From assembly GCF_009914755.1 (NCBI RefSeq), contig NC_060928.1: a stretch of 64,000 nt of DNA; one strand, given 5' to 3'. The position numbers and the translations under genes were made by a program. The stretch is from the human T2T-CHM13v2.0 reference genome, Homo sapiens. The notes beneath the pieces are model-generated. The model saw only the letters and a list, made by a program, of their open reading frames with translations, was not told the origin of the DNA and ran no database searches. Shown here one piece after another: positions 57,681 to 64,000 of this stretch. Every line of letters starts with the position of its first letter. Positions within the stretch are counted from its first letter, which is position 1.

Positions 57681-60524
57681 AAATAATATAGAAGCTAGGG
57701 TGGCTTGAAAAGTGTGCTTCAGTCTTTTTTTCAGAACAGGAATAACAGAATAAAAACAAAATAAAGGTTGGCAGGCTGGTTGCACTTGAGGAAGAAAAAG
57801 GTTTTCTTAAGAGAACATCTACCTTTTGGGAAGAGAGCTTTTGGAAGGAAAGACAAGAAAGATGTGAAATGGAAATAAGATCTTAAAGTCCAAGATGGAC
57901 ACATATAAAAGAGAAATGGAGATGCACCTGTGTCTAAATGTCCTCAAAGAACGCACTAGAACATGGGAAAATGTCTTTACGGTTATTACATCAGAAAAAT
58001 GATTGAGGCCCAAATAAATCTAACAGAAGAAGAGAGACAAGATTTCAAGGGGCAGATTAGAACAGCTCCTCAAAAGGAATCAGGATCTGGGAAACCACTG
58101 AGAGTTTCTCAGGGCATAGATTGATTTTGTAAGGGCAGTTAGGGGAGCTGCCTCTTAAAAGATCGGGGCTTGATTGCAGGGGATTTAACTGTTGCACTTT
58201 AATTTTTCCTTAGGAATTTGACAATGGGAGGTGGTTTGTATTTAAATGTGATAGATCTGTGTATTGTTAGTATTTTGTCATTGAAATGATTTTATACATT
58301 TTATTCTCAGAATATCTTTATGTTTTAATTTGAAGTCATTAAAGACTCTCTGCTTACTATGGTGTACAACATGACTAGATATAACTTGAAGTAGGAAATA
58401 GAATAATTTTCAGCCTTGAGCATCAAGTGTCCTTGAAATTGATCCAAGTAATGTCTTGTTTTGATCCATTTCAGAGCCTTCCGGGGAACAGAGCTACACC
58501 ATATACTTTGTTCACAAAAGAGTGGAGATTAGGATTGAGGAAGGAGCTGACTTCTGAAAGTGGGAGCAAAATTATCTTGGTCAACTGCTGAGCTCCCAAA
58601 GAGGATAACCACATTCTGGGAGGACTCTAGGCTTAGTATTTAAGCATAGTGGGCTTATAGAAGAAAATCTTCAGAATGGCAAGTAGAGGTGGGGAAATTC
58701 TTCTTTGTCTTACTCAGTTTCCCTACCCACTCCTGCCCTAAAGAAGTAGGATTATTGATTGGTGAATTTGGAAAGAAAACTGGCATTCCTCTTCCAGTCT
58801 CCTCCTCTCTCCTTGGGGAGTTAGCCTGCCCTCCCATACTGCACATGTTCTGCTTACTTTTGTGCCACAGCACAAAAGAGAGGTGGCCTGTGGCTTTCCA
58901 GCTCTCCCTATGATTTAGTGGTAGTCTGCCTATTTTCAAGGTTCATTATTATTGCATAAAGAGGGGAGCTGCATTCCCCAGCATCAGCTTTATTAGCAAT
59001 AAAGGAAATGAGATGGTTCTCCACCTGCCATACTCTTTGGTCTTACATAAAAATTGGTTCGAAACTCAGATGAGGAGTGCTAGTACTATTTATATGTTTC
59101 CCTCAAATTTCTAAGAGGGTGCTTTCAGAAGAAAAGGTGATCCCAGATTAGGGTTTGAAGGACAAATAGAGTGTGTATGGTGTAAGTGAAAAACATGATT
59201 GCGGAAGGAGGAAAGAGCATGTGCAAAAGCAGAGATACTTTAAAGAGTGTTGTGTGATCTGGATGGCTCAGTGATGTATAAGTAAAATGCAAGGTGAGGA
59301 GTGGTAGCAAAGAGGCTAGAGACTATAGAGCTAGTACAAGGCCAATTTATAAAGGGCTCAGACTTTATCCTGTAGATGATGGTAAGCAATGCAGGAAGGG
59401 AGAGGATGGAAGAAGAGTCTTAAGCGTGGGAAGTAATTCAAGGTAAACAAGTGAAAATAGGTATAGATTAGCCTTCTAAGCAGCTTGACTATTAAGGGAA
59501 TCCAAGGGCTTATGTAAATATCTAGAGTGCCTCTTAGAGTTAAGGGAGGGTAATGGCTTACACACGGGGTTTGTTTTAATATGGGAGAAACTTGAGCAAT
59601 GTGTAGCTTGCAGGAAGAGACTGAAAATATAGGAGAGTGGGAGAATAATTAATGGAACAAAAAACCTAGAGAGATGAGAGGTAATGAAATCCAGAAAACA
59701 AATAAAAGGATTCCTCCCTCTTCCACTGAAGAGGCAAAGATCTGTGAGAATGCAGACCATTTTGTTGGTAGGCATGAGGCCACCAAGGAATTGCGGACTG
59801 TTAGCTTCAATTTTCTTTGTTTAATAGCAGGTTGGTCTTTGGTGAAAATGAGGGGATGGTTGGTGGAATGGGAGGTCAGAGAAAGTATTGAGGATTCAAA
59901 ACTAGCTAGGGATGGGGAGAAGGACCTGCATGAAGCACTGGAGGAGGGGGCAGTCAACTAAGATTGGATTGAACTGGGGTAAGTTTCACCAGGCAGATGG
60001 GAAGGAAGGGCAGTGGGGTTTAATGGAAGAGAAGACATCGAGAGTGGCTGAAGTGACTAAACATAAGATAGGAAGAGAAAAATAATTAAAGAAAATTAAT
60101 TTCTCATTACATCTATATCCTAAAGTCACTGTTGCAGAGCATAAGGGTGACATTTCTTTTAGTCAGACTAAATTGTAAATTTTAGGTACCAATGGCAAAA
60201 ATGGACATAATTATTTTGTCTTTTTACTTATTAGAACAATGTCTTTAATACACATTCATTCTTAAAAAAAACCACACACAGGGAAAACAGGTCTTTTCAT
60301 GGATCAAATGTATCTTCCATATTAAAGATAACATGGCATTAAAATAAATGTAGCAAGGATTATTGGTTTTACAAGAAAAATTATCAGAAACACACAAATA
60401 GTAGTCCACATATCTACTCAATGGGGTCTGTTGTGTACAAACCCAAAATATACCTTATAAACAAGCAATACTTATAAAATCTGATTACATATTTTGTAGC
60501 AAAACTTCAAAAGTTTCCTTCAAA

Positions 60525-61800
<1,276 letters not shown>

Positions 61801-64000
61801 CGCACTTCTAAAATACCAAAATAATCAATTCTCTGAATATATTCTTATAAAAGTAGGTATTAATAACCTATTGTCTGACTCCCTGCTGAGTCAAATATAT
61901 TACTTTTCATGATTTTACTTCATACCTGTGATTGCTTCCTTAAGTTTTTCAAATTCACGTTGGAATGTTGAGTTATAAATTTCATTTGTTTTATGACAAC
62001 CATTTTCTGGTAAATTTTCATCTTCTGCAGGAAAATCGTGCTACTCCGTTTCACAGTTTTTTTATTATAATTTTGAATAGATGTTCTGCATATGACTTTC
62101 ATAATCTTTGAATTTAAATTAGTGAAATTTTCCTGGACTACTAACAGGAGGTGAAAAGAAAGATTAGGATAGCATTATAAAATTCATCTCTCGAGGGCTC
62201 CCTCTTCTGTTGCTATAGAAGACGACTCTTTTCTTAAACTCTGTGAACACCTACTCTGCCTCTCAGAACTGAACCTGGTTCCAAAGAGCTTCTACACACA
62301 GTCCTGGGCTTCCTGATTTATTCACAGGCTGCAGGGACACAGATATTGCCTTCTAAGATGATGATACTGCTTTTAGAAGTTATTTTACTGGTGCTTTCTA
62401 AGGTCTGCAATCTCTGATTGGGCAGCTTCTGTCCTTCTCTCTCTCCCTTCCCAATGTTTGGAGCCTATTCAGTCGCAGCCTTGTTTTTAGGGTACAGCCA
62501 CCACTAAACTCCTTCCCCACTTCCAGTACTTTCCCATATTGTCTTGATTTCCTATGTGGGCTTGCTGTCCTCAGTTGCCTATTGCAGCATTCACATTTAA
62601 TTTTGGAGTTTTGGAGTTTTCTTAGCTATTTGCTGAAAGTTCAGTTTCTATGAATTTATTTTCATTTTCTTGGTTGCTCTGGATAGATTTCAGGAGAAGA
62701 AATGAAAACTTTCAAAACTAAGCAGACCTCATATTCTTTTAGAATGCTAATATAATTCATTTCTGTTCCATGTTTTCAAAAAATATGAAGAAATTCTAGG
62801 GAAGTACTCTGATTATTGGCTTCAGATAATGAAGAAGAATGTTATAGTTGTCAGTAGCCCACTTAGAGTCAGTTATGTAGATGTTCCCATCTGCAATGAC
62901 ACCAAGGCTATAACTATAGAAGGTAATATCCCAAAGCAGTTTTTATATAAAGTCATTTGCAGCATATAGTGTAGATTTTTTTCTTTAATTAAAATGAAAG
63001 CACCTCAGTGAGGTGCTTTCAACGTTTTATTCTGGTATACTAAAAAGAAGATTGTTAGTCAAAATGTTTCTCCTGAACCCAAGTAACTGGAACACTGTAC
63101 AGAAGTGTTTGAGAACATATTCCAATCTAGGTGGATTATGGGTGAGAGAATGCTATAATAATTCTCATTTTAGTTCTGGAGATTTTAATCTACGTTCAGT
63201 TTCTTTTTAAAAATTACTAACATTCTATTTTGCTAGTCAGTCACAAATAATTTTGTACCCAGAGCAAGTTCCAGCATTACCTGGGAACTACATCTCCATC
63301 TTTTTTATGCCTCACTCTCTCATGAGAACAAAATCAAGGTAAAAGCCACAGAGATATGCTGAGCAAAATGTTAAGACTATGAATAGTATCAGAATGCAGA
63401 TGTTATTTTACTATATACTGTACTAGTTATAACCAAGTGACTTAAAATAGGAAGTAAGAGGAAGAGCTGAGCGTGTGGCAGTCACTTTGATGTAGGGTTG
63501 GAATCCAGTATACCTTGATGGTGGTAACCCTAGTGAAACACCTCCTACTCTGGGATAGAACCCTGGGAAGCCTAGGCCAAAAGTGGGGAGAGGGACTAGA
63601 ATGATCTGGTTGGCTCAGAAATCCTCAAGCATTGATTCAGGACTACTGGCACCCTTTAGCACCCAATGGAAGGAAAAGAAGCGCCTCTCTATAGGAACAT
63701 TACATCATCCAGTGCTTCAAATTGTTTATATTAAATCAGTTTTTCCAATTAAATGAACTGCAAACAATCAAAATTAATGGATGCAGGAAGAGTAAGCATG
63801 AGACAGCCACCAGGAGAAACAATAGACAAAAGAAACAGACTTAATAACAAAGTCTAAAAACTACTATGCTTACTATGTTCATGAAAGAAAAAGTCAAGCA
63901 TATAAATTTTGTCCAGGAACTAGAAATCATAAAAAGTGACATTCAAGGTTTTAAAAAGAACCAGATAGGAATTATAAAACTAAAAAATGTAATAACTAAA

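Overview
This is primate, almost certainly human, genomic DNA: AT-rich and dense in Alu, L1, L2 and LTR repeats. It holds two convergent, well-known genes. On the + strand are the last six coding exons and 3'UTR of GALNT7 (polypeptide GalNAc-transferase 7; coding exons 3469-23140, poly(A) site near 25390). On the - strand is the complete HMGB2 gene (209 aa from four coding exons, 33505-35074) with a non-coding exon 1 and a CpG-island promoter (~34900-36900). Positions 37000-64000 are intergenic repeats, including a solo ERV9 LTR12. Nearly all ORFs in the supplied track are repeat-derived or GC-rich noise. I see no evidence of a new protein-coding system. The points worth a second look are regulatory or structural: a GC-AG intron in HMGB2, a divergent promoter cassette, an intronic motif cluster, a microsatellite-built splice acceptor, fold-back palindromes, short tandem duplications, close inverted Alus, a MER53 hairpin and the LTR12 promoter. 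Exon boundaries were checked by hand. Repeat boundaries and subfamilies are approximate, and exon numbering is from recall.
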